Below, piece after piece: positions 31,496 to 43,753 of a stretch of 64,000 nt of DNA. The notes below the pieces were generated by a model. That model saw nothing but the letters and a program-made list of their open reading frames with translations. It ran no database searches and was not told the origin of the DNA. The stretch spans positions 32,001 to 96,000 of the forward strand of contig CAWJIM010000005.1 of the NCBI GenBank assembly GCA_963842945.1. Direction: 5' to 3'. Every line of letters begins with the position of its first letter. Position 1 is the stretch's first letter. The DNA is from an uncultured Gemmatimonadales bacterium. Its GTDB lineage: Bacteria > Gemmatimonadota > Gemmatimonadetes > Gemmatimonadales > GWC2-71-9. A program made the position numbers and the translations under genes.

Positions 31496-32608
31496 ATGCG
31501 ACTCTGCCTCCTCAGCATGGAGATCTTCGCCTGGGGCAAGCACGGTGGTTACGGCCGGGCCACCCGCGTGATCGGCCGAGAGCTGGTCCGCCGGGGCGTC
31601 GAAGTCTCCGCCGTTGTGCCCCTTCGGGGTAACCAGCGGCCGGTTGAACAACTGGATGGGATCCAGGTGCTCGGCTTTCCGCCCCGGGCACCCTGGAAGG
31701 CGGCCCGCCTCCTCCAGGAAGCCCGTGCAGACATCTATCACTCGCAGGAGCCCTCCTTCACCACGTATCTCGCCCAGCGAGTCATGCCCGGCCGCAAGCA
31801 TCTGGTGACCCTGCGCGATACCCACGAGTGGAGCGACTGGCTGGCCGAGCTCCGGCACCCGTCGCTCAACCGAAGGCAGGTGCTGGCCAACAAGTTGTTC
31901 GAGGACAATCCGCTCGTCCAACGCGCAGTGCGCCGGGCCCACCGGGTGTATTGCGCCGCCGAGTTCCTGCGGGCCAAGGCGCAACGCAAGTACCGATTGA
32001 AGTCGACACCGGAATTCCTGCCGACGCCCGTCTCAGTACCTCACCACGTGCGGAAGGCGGAACGCCCCACGGTCTGCTATCTCGCCCGCTGGGACCGGCG
32101 GAAGCGGCCGGAGCTCTTCCTCGCCCTGGCCCGACACTTTCCCCAGATCAGGTTCATCGCCTTCGGCACCTCGCGCGACGCCGAGTATGAACGCGGCCTC
32201 CGGGCCCGCTACGCCGGCCTCCCCAACCTCGAGATGCCCGGGCACGTGGATCAGTTCGCGTCCGGCGCCGTCGCCTCCGTCCTCACCGAGAGCTGGATCC
32301 TGGTGAACACGTCCGTCCGGGAAGGACTGCCCAACGCATTCCTCGAAGCGGCTGCGCATGGCTGCGCCATCCTGAGCGCGGTGGATCCGGACGGGTTCGC
32401 CTCCCGGTTCGGCGTCAAGGTGGAAGGTGATAATTTCGCGGCGGGATTGGAGACCCTGCTGCAGGGAGACCGGTGGCGCGGCTGTGGAGAGCGGGCCCGG
32501 GAGCACGTCCGCTCCACCTTCGAGCTGGGTACGGCGGTCGACCGGCACCTCACTATCTATAATGAACTGCTGGCCGGCGAACCCTCGCCGGCCGGATCGG
32601 TCCACTAG
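31496..32608 (+). CDS. GT4 glycosyltransferase
   Basis: [34 protein letters not shown]. Confidence 0.88.
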   Translation: MRLCLLSMEIFAWGKHGGYGRATRVIGRELVRRGVEVSAVVPLRGNQRPVEQLDGIQVLGFPPRAPWKAARLLQEARADIYHSQEPSFTTYLAQRVMPGRKHLVTLRDTHEWSDWLAELRHPSLNRRQVLANKLFEDNPLVQRAVRRAHRVYCAAEFLRAKAQRKYRLKSTPEFLPTPVSVPHHVRKAERPTVCYLARWDRRKRPELFLALARHFPQIRFIAFGTSRDAEYERGLRARYAGLPNLEMPGHVDQFASGAVASVLTESWILVNTSVREGLPNAFLEAAAHGCAILSAVDPDGFASRFGVKVEGDNFAAGLETLLQGDRWRGCGERAREHVRSTFELGTAVDRHLTIYNELLAGEPSPAGSVH

Positions 32609-32616
32609 GAGCCGGC

Positions 32617-33258
32617 ATGCCCGTTTCCATCGGCGATCTGCGTCGTGACTACGCCAAGGCCCGATTGGACGAGTCCAGCGTAAGCGCCGATCCGATCGTG
32701 GAGTTCGCCCGCTGGTTCGAAGAGGCGGTCAAAGCCGAGCTGCACGAGCCCAACGCCATGACCTTGGCGACGGCCAACGCCGAAGGCGTTCCCTCGGCGC
32801 GTATCGTGCTGTTGAAGGGTTTCGACCAGCGGGGGTTCGTCTTCTTTACCGACTATCGCAGCCGAAAGGGGACCGAGCTGGCGGAGAACCCGCGGGCCGC
32901 GCTGGTGTTCTACTGGGGCGAGCTGGAGCGGCAGGTCAGAATCGTCGGCAGCACCACACAGACGGACCGCCAGGAGTCAGAAGCGTATTTCCGGAGCCGG
33001 CCTCGGGGCAGCCGGTTAGGCGCCTGGATCTCGCATCAGAGTCAGGTGATTGCCGGCCGTGAGGAGCTGGACGAGCGGGTTCCCGAGCTGGAGCGTCGTT
33101 ACCCGGGTGATGACGTGCCGCTGCCGCCCTATTGGGGCGGATTCCGGCTCCGCCCCGATTCGATCGAGTTCTGGCAGGGCCGAGCCAGCCGGCTGCACGA
33201 CCGGATCCGCTACGTCCGCAACGGAGACATCTGGCGAATCGAGCGGTTGTCGCCGTAG
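32617..33258 (+). CDS. pdxH: Pyridoxamine 5'-phosphate oxidase
   Basis: [40 protein letters not shown]. Confidence 0.97.
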   Translation: MPVSIGDLRRDYAKARLDESSVSADPIVEFARWFEEAVKAELHEPNAMTLATANAEGVPSARIVLLKGFDQRGFVFFTDYRSRKGTELAENPRAALVFYWGELERQVRIVGSTTQTDRQESEAYFRSRPRGSRLGAWISHQSQVIAGREELDERVPELERRYPGDDVPLPPYWGGFRLRPDSIEFWQGRASRLHDRIRYVRNGDIWRIERLSP

Positions 33259-33277
33259 CGGTCGGAGTGGCGGAGGG

Positions 33278-33325
33278 CTTACCGTCTTACCGCCTTACCG
33301 CCTTACCGCCTTACCGCCTTACCGC
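33278..33325. repeat. Tandem octamer (CTTACCGC)x6 between convergent genes
   Basis: Read directly; first unit CTTACCGT. Confidence 0.9.
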
Positions 33326-33328
33326 CTG

Positions 33329-35976
33329 TCAGAAGCTCGCGGTAAGCCCTGCCAGCACCCGGCGTCCTATCACCGACCCGCCGTACAGCTGAAAACGCTT
33401 CTGATCCAGCAGGTTGGTGGCGCTAGCGTTGATCCTGACATAGTTGTTGATCCGGTATCCCGCTCCCAGGCTGATCTGCTCACTCGACGGGACGTATCCC
33501 TGAAACACACCGGCCGCCCACTGGTAGCCATCGATCAGGCGGACTGCCCCGTTAACGTCGAATCGCTCGCCGACATACGACAGCCCCAGCGTTGCCTTCT
33601 TGCTCGGCGTATTGGGCAGGAGCTGGTCGCCCGCCTGCTGGGATTCCACCTCGAAGTCAAAACCGGTGAAGGAGGCATCTGCGCGAAGCTGGGCGTGAAC
33701 TGATAGCCCACGCCCAGCTCCATCCCGCGTTCCGTCACCTGGCCGGCATTGGAATAGGAAAGCACCACGGCCCGGCTACCGTCCGGCAGCGTGGCCAGCC
33801 CCGGGGCGCCGGAGATGGTGGTGCCGGCTACGACACTGCCGTAGCCCGCCTGCAGAGTGGGAATCGGCGCCCGCAGCGCTGCCGCCTGGGCCGGGGTAAG
33901 CTGTCCTCCCTGCTCCAGCTGCTGGATCCGCTGATCCAGGGCGGTGAGGTCGCCGGGAATGTTGATCCCGCCGTCGGTGAGCTGGAACGTCGGGTAGGCG
34001 GGGTTCACTCCGGGCAGGAGATCGGTGACGAAGTTCTCCAGCTTGTTGATGTAGAAATCCGCGGTGAAATAGAGTGTATTGGAGATGCTCCCTTTGTAGC
34101 CCAGTTCCCACCCCAGCACGGTCTCCACGTCCAGGTTCGCGTTGCCCAGTGCCAGCACCTGGGTAGAGGGAGAGAAGTTCCAAGGCAGCGACGGATGCAG
34201 GGTGAGTCCCGCAAGCGCGGCCGGCGGGAGGCTTGCCTGGACCTGAGTGTAGTACGCCTCGATTCCTCCTTCTACCGTCGCCGGACCCGCGGTGGGGGCG
34301 GCGGCGGGAGCCTGAAGAAAGAACTCGGAGTAGTTCGGCGTCTGGAACGCGCGGTTCACCGAGAAGCGAACCGAGTTATTCTCGTTGAGGCTGTAGACCA
34401 AGGCGCCCTTGGGAGAAAACTGGGTCTCGAACAGTGTCCCGTCATCCACCCTGGCTGCGCCCACCACCCGGAGCTGGGGGGTGAGCTTGTATTCGACCTG
34501 ACCATAGCCGGAGTAGTAATCGTCGCTCCGATCATCGTTGATCGGATTCATCAGCGTGCCCGAAGTGTTGACCATGGTCTTGCGGTAGGACGCGCCGTAG
34601 ACCACCCGGCCACGGTCCTGCAGGAAGTCCCAGTTCTGCTGTCCCTCGATCTGGAAGATGTCGGACCGTTCCTCAAGTTGAGCGCCGCTGGAAAGAGCGA
34701 TCTGGGGGTCCACTGAGGTCCTGCTGTTCCAGTATCCGAAGATGTTGGTGTGGTTGGTGGCGAAGGCAGCCCGGGCGTATGGCTTGACCGCTTTCAGGAC
34801 CTGCACCCGTCCGATGCCGGTGACGAACACCTCGTTCTCGACCTGTGAGGCACCGCCGTCGGCGGAGAGCACCGAGCCATTGGTGAGGTAATAGTCCAGA
34901 CGACCGGAGGCGTACACATTCTTGAGGCCGGCGCGATCCCCCAGCGGTTCGCCGGTTACGGGGTCGACGGACTGGCCGGTCAGCGGGATGGCCTCCCGGG
35001 TGAGTCCCACCGGTTCGTCGGTGGCGTCGGCATACTCCTTCTGCAGCGAGGTGCCGTCGTTCAAGGTCCGGGAGCGGGTATAGGTATCGCTCTTCATGCC
35101 ACCGACATTCAGCCGATAGCCGAAACGATCGTTGCCGAACACGCCGGCTTGGCGGAAGTCGCCCCGGATCGTTTCCAGCTCGCCGCCGCCGAAGCTGAGC
35201 TTGGTTCCGGCCACCTCCCGGCCCTCGGGGGTTATGATATTGATCACTCCGCTGAACGCGTTGGCGCCGTAGAGCGCCGAGCCGGGCCCCCGTACCATTT
35301 CCAGGCGGCCCAGGTCTTCCAGCGGCTGGGTCATGCCATTCCACTCCTGGGCGCCGAGGAATGCAATCGAGAGATCGCGTCCATCTTGCAGCACCAGCAC
35401 GCGGCGGTTGAGCGACGAGTTGAAGCCGCGGGCGTTCACATTGAAGTCGTTTACCCCGCTTTGCACCACATCCACGCCGGGCACGGTCTGAAGCGCGAGC
35501 GGTGCCTGGCCGGTGATCGAGGTGTTCTCCAGCACCTGGGGTGGAACCACCGAGATCGCGGCCGGTGCTTCGACAATGCGCTCTGGCGTGCGGGATGCGG
35601 TGGATACCACCAACTCGGTGAGCGCCACGGGAACCGGCTCCATTGCGGCATACACCGTCGCCGTACGGTCTGCTTCCACAGTGGTTCGGATCTCCATCGG
35701 CTTGTAGCCCAGCCAGCGGAACACGATCGTTTGAGCACCTTCGGGCACCCGGCGCAATGTGTACCGGCCGTCGGGGGCGGTTATGGTGCTCAGGCCCGTG
35801 CTCTGGACCGTTACCGATACGCTGGGAAGGGGAGAGCCCTCACCCGCTCGGGTCACCATGCCCGTTACGGTCCCGACCCCCTGTGCCATTACCGGGCCGG
35901 GAGGAACGACGGCAAGCATGAACGCCGCGAGGACGACGATACCATGGCGGAGCATGGCCGACACTGTGGCTAGCAT
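33329..35976 (-). CDS. TonB-dependent receptor with N-terminal carboxypeptidase-regulatory-like domain; frameshift ~33690
   Basis: Plug motifs TASRTPE...APAAISV, NARGF, VLQDGR, EMVRGPGSALYGANAFSGVINIIT; ends NLLD...GLTASF. Confidence 0.9.
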
Positions 35977-36065
35977 ACAGCGCTCTCATCTCCCGGTGTG
36001 ATGATGGCTGGGGGCAGCATCAGGTTTTTGGGGTCCGAAAGACAACGGAGAAGCAATACCAGTAT

Positions 36066-37430
36066 ATGGAAAGTCGGGAGAGACGGAAAGGATGGAACGC
36101 TGTAGCCGGAATGCTTGCCGCCACTGTGCTCGGCGGCTGCTCCGGCGGCAGCCCAACCTTCTCCGCTAACCCACACGTGCGTGCCGGCACAGTCACCAAG
36201 CCGGTCTCGTTCGCTATTCTGGAGGACTACGACAAGGGTCAGGATCTGCGCGAAGTCGCCGGCGACTTCAGCCGTTTCCGCGAGCTCGGGATCGTGCAGT
36301 GGCGGGGAAGCTTCGGCTGGGACGATTTTGAGCCCAGCCCCGGACAGTACGACCTCGATTGGTTGGAAAAGTTTGTCGCCCTGGCTGACAGCATGGGGAT
36401 CTCCCTTCGCCCGTATCTGGGCTATACCCCGGCCTGGGCGGCGCGTGGCGGCAAGGATGACCACGCGTGGAACGATCCTCCGCGAAGCGAACAGGATTGG
36501 GTTCGCTTTACCGGTGCGGTCGCCGGCCGGCTTCGGCCATACCGGAGCATCGTGTCTTACGAGATCTATAACGAGGAGAACACGGCGCTCTGGTGGGAGG
36601 GCAGCGCCGAGGAGTATGCCCGCGTTCTTCGGGCTGGCGCGGACGCCATTCGCCGGGCCGACCCGGATGCCCAGATCTTTCTGGGCGGCCTGGTCTGGCC
36701 CGATCTCGAATGGCTCGAGCAGGCGTGTGAGAGCGGACGCGCGCCCTTCGACGTGCTCCCGTTTCACGCCTACCCCGAGACCTGGACTCCCGATTCGATA
36801 ACGGTGGAGAATTATCTGGGGCCGGCGTTCCGGGGCGGATTCGTTGCGGAGGCAGACCGCCGGTGCGGGCGGAAACCGATCTGGATCAACGAGACCGGAT
36901 TCGCCACCACGCCGGGGAAGAGCGAGAAGGACCAGGCGGAGTGGTGGGCCCGCGCCGTGGCGACATTTCTGGCCGAGCCGCGGGTGGAGCAGATTGGGAT
37001 CTATGAGATCAAGGACCAACAGCCGGGCACCGAGGTCATCGGCGACACTCCCAACTATTATCTGGGGCTGATCCGACGGGATGGCAGCCCGAAGCTTGCC
37101 TTTGAAACGATCAGGTTGCTGGTTCGGCTCTTCCACGGCGACTCGATCACCGTGGCCGATCCCTTGCTCAGGGTTCGGGTGACCGCCGGGTCTGCCGGAC
37201 AGCTGCATCATCATCTGTTCATCCGGCCTGATGGTCGGCAGCTCGTGTTTGTGTGGGACAAGTCAGGAAGTCCGACGGTGGAGCTGACTCTTCCGGCTCC
37301 AACGGGCGCCATCACGGCTTACGCCACCGACGGGCGTGCCAGTTCCTGGAAGAACGTCAAGGGGAACACCATTCGAGGAATAGCGCTGCAACAGGGAACG
37401 GTGCGGATCTTCCTGGCTGAGGGACGGTGA
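36066..37430 (+). CDS. Clan GH-A glycoside hydrolase lipoprotein (GH39/GH5-like)
   Basis: VLGGC lipobox; YEIYNEEN acid/base, FHAYP, IWINETGF nucleophile. Confidence 0.82.
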   Translation: MESRERRKGWNAVAGMLAATVLGGCSGGSPTFSANPHVRAGTVTKPVSFAILEDYDKGQDLREVAGDFSRFRELGIVQWRGSFGWDDFEPSPGQYDLDWLEKFVALADSMGISLRPYLGYTPAWAARGGKDDHAWNDPPRSEQDWVRFTGAVAGRLRPYRSIVSYEIYNEENTALWWEGSAEEYARVLRAGADAIRRADPDAQIFLGGLVWPDLEWLEQACESGRAPFDVLPFHAYPETWTPDSITVENYLGPAFRGGFVAEADRRCGRKPIWINETGFATTPGKSEKDQAEWWARAVATFLAEPRVEQIGIYEIKDQQPGTEVIGDTPNYYLGLIRRDGSPKLAFETIRLLVRLFHGDSITVADPLLRVRVTAGSAGQLHHHLFIRPDGRQLVFVWDKSGSPTVELTLPAPTGAITAYATDGRASSWKNVKGNTIRGIALQQGTVRIFLAEGR

Positions 37431-38569
37431 CCCGGCCTTTCAGCATCCCCTGGCTGGCCAGAGTGGCCCGGGATATCAGGGCCGCGTCAGCTGAGGACGG
37501 GGTGGGCGTCGGAGCCATCGCCCGAGACCTGGTGGTGCTCAATCTTCACAACCAGCTCGGCGTGAGGGCGTACTTTCAGTACCGCTTGTTCGATCCCCGC
37601 ATCCCGCATCCCGATAAGAAGGATTATCTCCCCGACAGCGGGCGGGCGACCCGCCGGCTCTGGTCGCTGCTCACCCCGGTTCAATACCGGCTGCCCTTCC
37701 GCAACAAACTGGTGTTCAACCGCCTCTTCGGCGGACAGGGCCTGCCGGTCGCGCGAGTGTTTGGAGTCTACGATCCACGGATTGGCTTTACGGTGGACGG
37801 GGAGGAGCTTCGCAACGCTGCGGATCTGAGACGCTGGATGAGCCGGGCGCCGGACGACGGCTTTGTCTTCAAGGCGCTGTACGGCATCGAAGGATATCAA
37901 GTCCTGGTGCTCTCGGGCCGCGCGGCCGAAGATCCTGCAAGCTTCATTACTCTCTCGGGGGATCGCTACAATGCGGATCGCCTGGTGGAGTTTGCCCGAA
38001 ACACCCGGGAGCTGGAGCGTCACGGGGCACTGGATCCCGACTCCTACCTGATCGAGGAGCGGATCCGGCCCCATCCCGTGATGGCGGAGCTGGTAGGGCC
38101 CACGCTTTGCTGCTGCCGGGTGGTCACCTTCATCGGCCGGAACGGGAACCCGCAGATTCTCGGTGCCGTGTACAAGATCCAGCCGGAACCGCTGGGCGTG
38201 GACCACTTGAGCTATGGGGCCGTCGGGAGCTGGGTCGATCTGGAGTCAGGGGCGCTTGGCCCGGGGAGGTCCCGCCATCACTTCGGGTATACCTCCGTGA
38301 TTCCGGGCACCGACAAAACGTTTGTGGGTTTCAAGCTTCCCCACTGGCCCCAGATCAAAGAAGTTGCACTGAAGGCAGCAAGGGTTCTACCCTGGGCTCG
38401 CGCCATCGGGTGGGACATTGCCATCGCCGATCGAGGGCCAGTCCTTATCGAAGGAAATGCCGAGTGGTCCACTTCACTGCTTCAGATTCCGGCTCCGCGT
38501 GGCCTGATGACCGGAGAGTTCAAGTCGCTGTGCGCCACCCTGGCCGCCGGGCCGGCGACGCAGCAGTAG
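37427..38569 (+). CDS. Sugar-transfer-associated ATP-grasp protein (ATPgrasp_ST)
   Basis: YFQYRLF, NKLVF, IEERIRPHP, RVVT, F.GFKLPHW, IGWDIAI...GPVLIEGN. Confidence 0.85.
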   Translation: MTRPFSIPWLARVARDIRAASAEDGVGVGAIARDLVVLNLHNQLGVRAYFQYRLFDPRIPHPDKKDYLPDSGRATRRLWSLLTPVQYRLPFRNKLVFNRLFGGQGLPVARVFGVYDPRIGFTVDGEELRNAADLRRWMSRAPDDGFVFKALYGIEGYQVLVLSGRAAEDPASFITLSGDRYNADRLVEFARNTRELERHGALDPDSYLIEERIRPHPVMAELVGPTLCCCRVVTFIGRNGNPQILGAVYKIQPEPLGVDHLSYGAVGSWVDLESGALGPGRSRHHFGYTSVIPGTDKTFVGFKLPHWPQIKEVALKAARVLPWARAIGWDIAIADRGPVLIEGNAEWSTSLLQIPAPRGLMTGEFKSLCATLAAGPATQQ

Positions 38570-39857
38570 CCGCACCGGCTCGGCACTACCATCTTCGCTG
38601 TCCGGTGTGCTCGGCGGACATCGAGGACGACGGGCGCATCCTGCGTTGCCCCCAAGCGCACGAGCCTGCTCTGCTGCTCGCCGAATATGAAGAGCAATCC
38701 TTTCGGCCCGATCCCGACGTCGATGGGATTTACCGATTCCATGAGTGGCTTCCCGCATCCCGGGTGTTGCCGGGATCCGGCGGGACGGTGGTGTATCGCA
38801 GCAAGGCGCTGAATCGGATGGCCGGGCTGAGCAACCTGTGGGTGGCCTTCAATGGCTACTGGCCCGAGCGGGGCGCCACGCTCGAGACCACCACATTCAA
38901 GGAGCTGGAGGCCTGGGCGGTGCTGGGCCGCATCCCGGAAGGAACCGACGAGGTGATGGTGATCGCGTCGGCCGGGAACACGGCGGCCGCATTTGCCCGG
39001 GCCTGCTCGCTTGGTCAGGTCCGCTGTCTCATCGTGGTCCCTGAGGTCGGGCTTGCCAGCCTGGAATTCAGCGAGCCGATCGACCCCTGTGTGAAGATCG
39101 TGTCGCTGGTCGGATTTACCGACTACGCCGATGCCATCGCGCTGGCCAACCGGGTAGCGGCGCTGGACGGGTTCTTCCCCGAGGGCGGCGTCGCCAATGT
39201 CGCCCGGAGGGCAGGCCTCGGCACCACCATGCTGGCTGCGGTGGACACCATCGGCCGGCTGCCCGACTTCTACTTTCAGGCGGTAGGCAGCGGAGCCGGC
39301 GGCATCGGCGTGCACGAGACCGCTCGACTGCTGATCCGCGACGGCCGTTTCGGCGAGCGGTTTCCCCGCCTCATGTTGAGCCAGAACCTGCCCTTCGTGC
39401 CGCTGTACAGCTCGTGGACCGCGGGACGCAGGGAGCTGGTGACCATCGATCCCGACGACGGGCGGAGGCAGATCCGCCAGATCGCGGCGCATGTTCTGTC
39501 CAACCGGCAACCGCCATATTCCATTCGCGGTGGGGTCTTCGATGTGCTCACGGAGAGTGGCGGAGACATGCTCGCGGCCGACAACCTGGAGACGCTGCCC
39601 CGGTTGCAACTTTTCGAGGAGATGGAAGGTATTCACATCGACCCGGCGAGCGCCGTCGCCTTTGCCACTCTGCTCAAGGCCGCGCGCTCGGGACTGCTGG
39701 ACCACGACGCGCTGGTGCTGTTGAACGTCACCGGCGGCGGACGCCACCGCCGCCATGCCGACCGGCAGCTGATCCCGGCCCGGCCCGCACTGCAGTGGAC
39801 CAGCAGGAGATTTATCTCGACGCCACACTCGACAAGATCGCCAACCTGTTTCGCTGA
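38530..39857 (+). CDS. Cysteate synthase (PLP, threonine-synthase fold); start uncertain, frameshift ~39795
   Basis: YHLRCPVC..C..H.PALL N-terminus, LWVAFNGYWPERGA...T.TFKELEA, ASAGNTA.AF, EGGVANVARRAGLGT, YFQAVGSGAG, LSQNLPF.P, VLSNR.PPY, LLNVTGGG. Confidence 0.88.
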
Positions 39858-39865
39858 AGGCCACC

Positions 39866-41325
39866 ATGCGCTCAATCGTCGGCTCCGCCGTGCTCCTGCT
39901 CTGCCTCCAGGCCAATGCCTCGGGCCAGGGGATCTCCTCCTCGGAGTATGCCGCCCGCCGCGATTCGCTCGCTGCGCGGATCGACAGCGGCGTTGTGATC
40001 GCCTTCGGCGCTCCTGATCCCACCGAGATTCACCAGAGCGGCCAGCTTCCCGCCTTTCGCTATTTGACCGGATTCCTCGAGCCCAACGCGGCCTTCGTTC
40101 TGGTGAAGCGGGGCGGGGCGGTGAAGGGGATTCTGTTCACCGCCACCCGGGATCCTCGCCGGGCCCTGTACGACGGTTTTCCCCCCGATTCCGACGTGGT
40201 GGCGCGGGAGACCGGATTGAGCGTACGGTCGCTTCCGGCGCTCCGGCAGGTCGTCGATTCGCTGATGCGATTTCGTCTCCCGGTCTATCAGCTGCGCGAC
40301 TTTGCCTCCGCCGATGCGGCCGAGTCCGATTCGATGACTCGGGGGTCCCGCTTCATGGGAGACCTGGCGGAGCGCTACCGGGCTATGGAGCTCGAGGTCG
40401 GCGACGCGCATTCCATCGTGGACAGTCTGCGGGCGCGCAAGTCGCCGGCGGAGCTGAAGCTTTTGCGGCGGTCAATCGACATCACCACCGGCAGCCTGAC
40501 CCAGGCAATGCGCTCGGCCAAGCCGGGAATGTATGAATACGAGCTGCAGGCTGAGGTGGAGGGCGGGTTCCGGCGGGTGGGAGCCGACGGAACCTCGTTC
40601 GGGTCCATCATCGGCTCGGGACCAAACTCGACCCAGTATCACTACGAGCGAAACGACCGCCGTATGGCCGCGGGCGACGTGGTGGTCATGGACGTCGGTG
40701 CTTCGTACCAGGGCTATGCCGCTGACGTCACCCGCACGATTCCGGTGGACGGCAAGTTTACGCCCGAGCAGCGCGCGGTATATCAGCTGGTGCGCGACGC
40801 TCAGGCGGCGGCGGAGAAGGTCGCAAAGCCCGGAGCGTCGTGCCAAGGCGTGGAGCGATACGGCGCGGGCGGTGGAGGCCCGGGGACTGGCCAAGCTGGG
40901 ACTGATCGAATCGCCGGACGCCACCTTTGACCCACCCTGGGCTTCCATGTGCCAGTCGAACGCCGGCGCCTGTAAGCAGGCATTTCTCTACATGGCCCAT
41001 GGCCTGGGTCATGGCATTGGGCTCGAGGTGCACGATCCCCCGCATTTCGGCCGCGGCGCCGACCTTCGAGGCGGGGCAGGTCTTCACCATCGAGCCCGGG
41101 GTGTACATCAGCACCAAGCTGCTCGATATGCTGCCGGACACGCCGAAGAACCGGACGTTCATCGGCAAGGTGCGGAAGACGGTGGAGCGTTACAACAACA
41201 TCGGGGTCCGGATCGAGGACGATTACTTGATCACGCCGAACGGGGTGGAATGGCTGTCCCGGGCACCCCGGGAGATAGCCGAGATCGAGAAGCTCAAGCT
41301 GGTGTCGGCAAGGGAAACTCCTTAA
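39866..41325 (+). CDS. Secreted Xaa-Pro aminopeptidase (M24B); frameshifts ~40845 and ~41045
   Basis: FRYLTGF.EP, MDVGA...YAADVTRTIP, HGLGHGIGLEVHD, TIEPGVY, GVRIEDD. Confidence 0.9.
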
Positions 41326-41334
41326 CGTTCAAAC

Positions 41335-43252
<1,918 letters not shown>

Positions 43253-43329
43253 TACGTAAGCGGGACTAGAACAGGCGTAAGCGGTAAGCGGGCAAACGCC
43301 TCATCTGAACGAAGAGGAATCGAGTTGGT

Positions 43330-43614
43330 TCAGCGATTACTTGCGGTGGGCTCGCGAGTAGCTGCGGTCACCTGGGTCAGGTAATCGAGGGCAGCAGACA
43401 AACCGGCCTCGGGTGCGGAAGCGAGGTGCATCGCTCGGACCAGATGATGCGCGGCCTCCTGCACTCGTGCTGGGTCCAGGTTCGCGGAATTCCCCAGCAG
43501 GAGCGGCAGCATGGGCGCCAGCTCCTGGGCGAAGTGCTCCTCCTTGGCCGCGCTCCACATCGCCAGGAATTCCTGGGTATCGACCGGGCGCCGGCTCTCC
43601 TCTGAGATCCCCAT
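43330..43614 (-). CDS. Hypothetical small helical protein
   Basis: AGGAGA SD before ATG 43614; 94 aa filling the gap between thiC and the receptor gene. Confidence 0.55.
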   Translation of the reverse strand: MGISEESRRPVDTQEFLAMWSAAKEEHFAQELAPMLPLLLGNSANLDPARVQEAAHHLVRAMHLASAPEAGLSAALDYLTQVTAATREPTASNR

Positions 43615-43753
43615 AGCGTCTCCTGGAATTCCTGGGAACGAATTCTGATGGCTGTAGGAAGATGATGTGCCCCGGTGCATGAGAGCGCCAGGGGTGGCAT
43701 TTGCCTCGATCCATCCCAGGCTCCATCCTTAAGTAGCGCCAACCCTCCCCGGT

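Noticed and set aside
38107..40023. 636-aa extended cysteate synthase and 513-aa antisense ORF
   Set aside because: Extensions overlap neighbouring genes and follow a frameshift; antisense ORF has no recognisable motif
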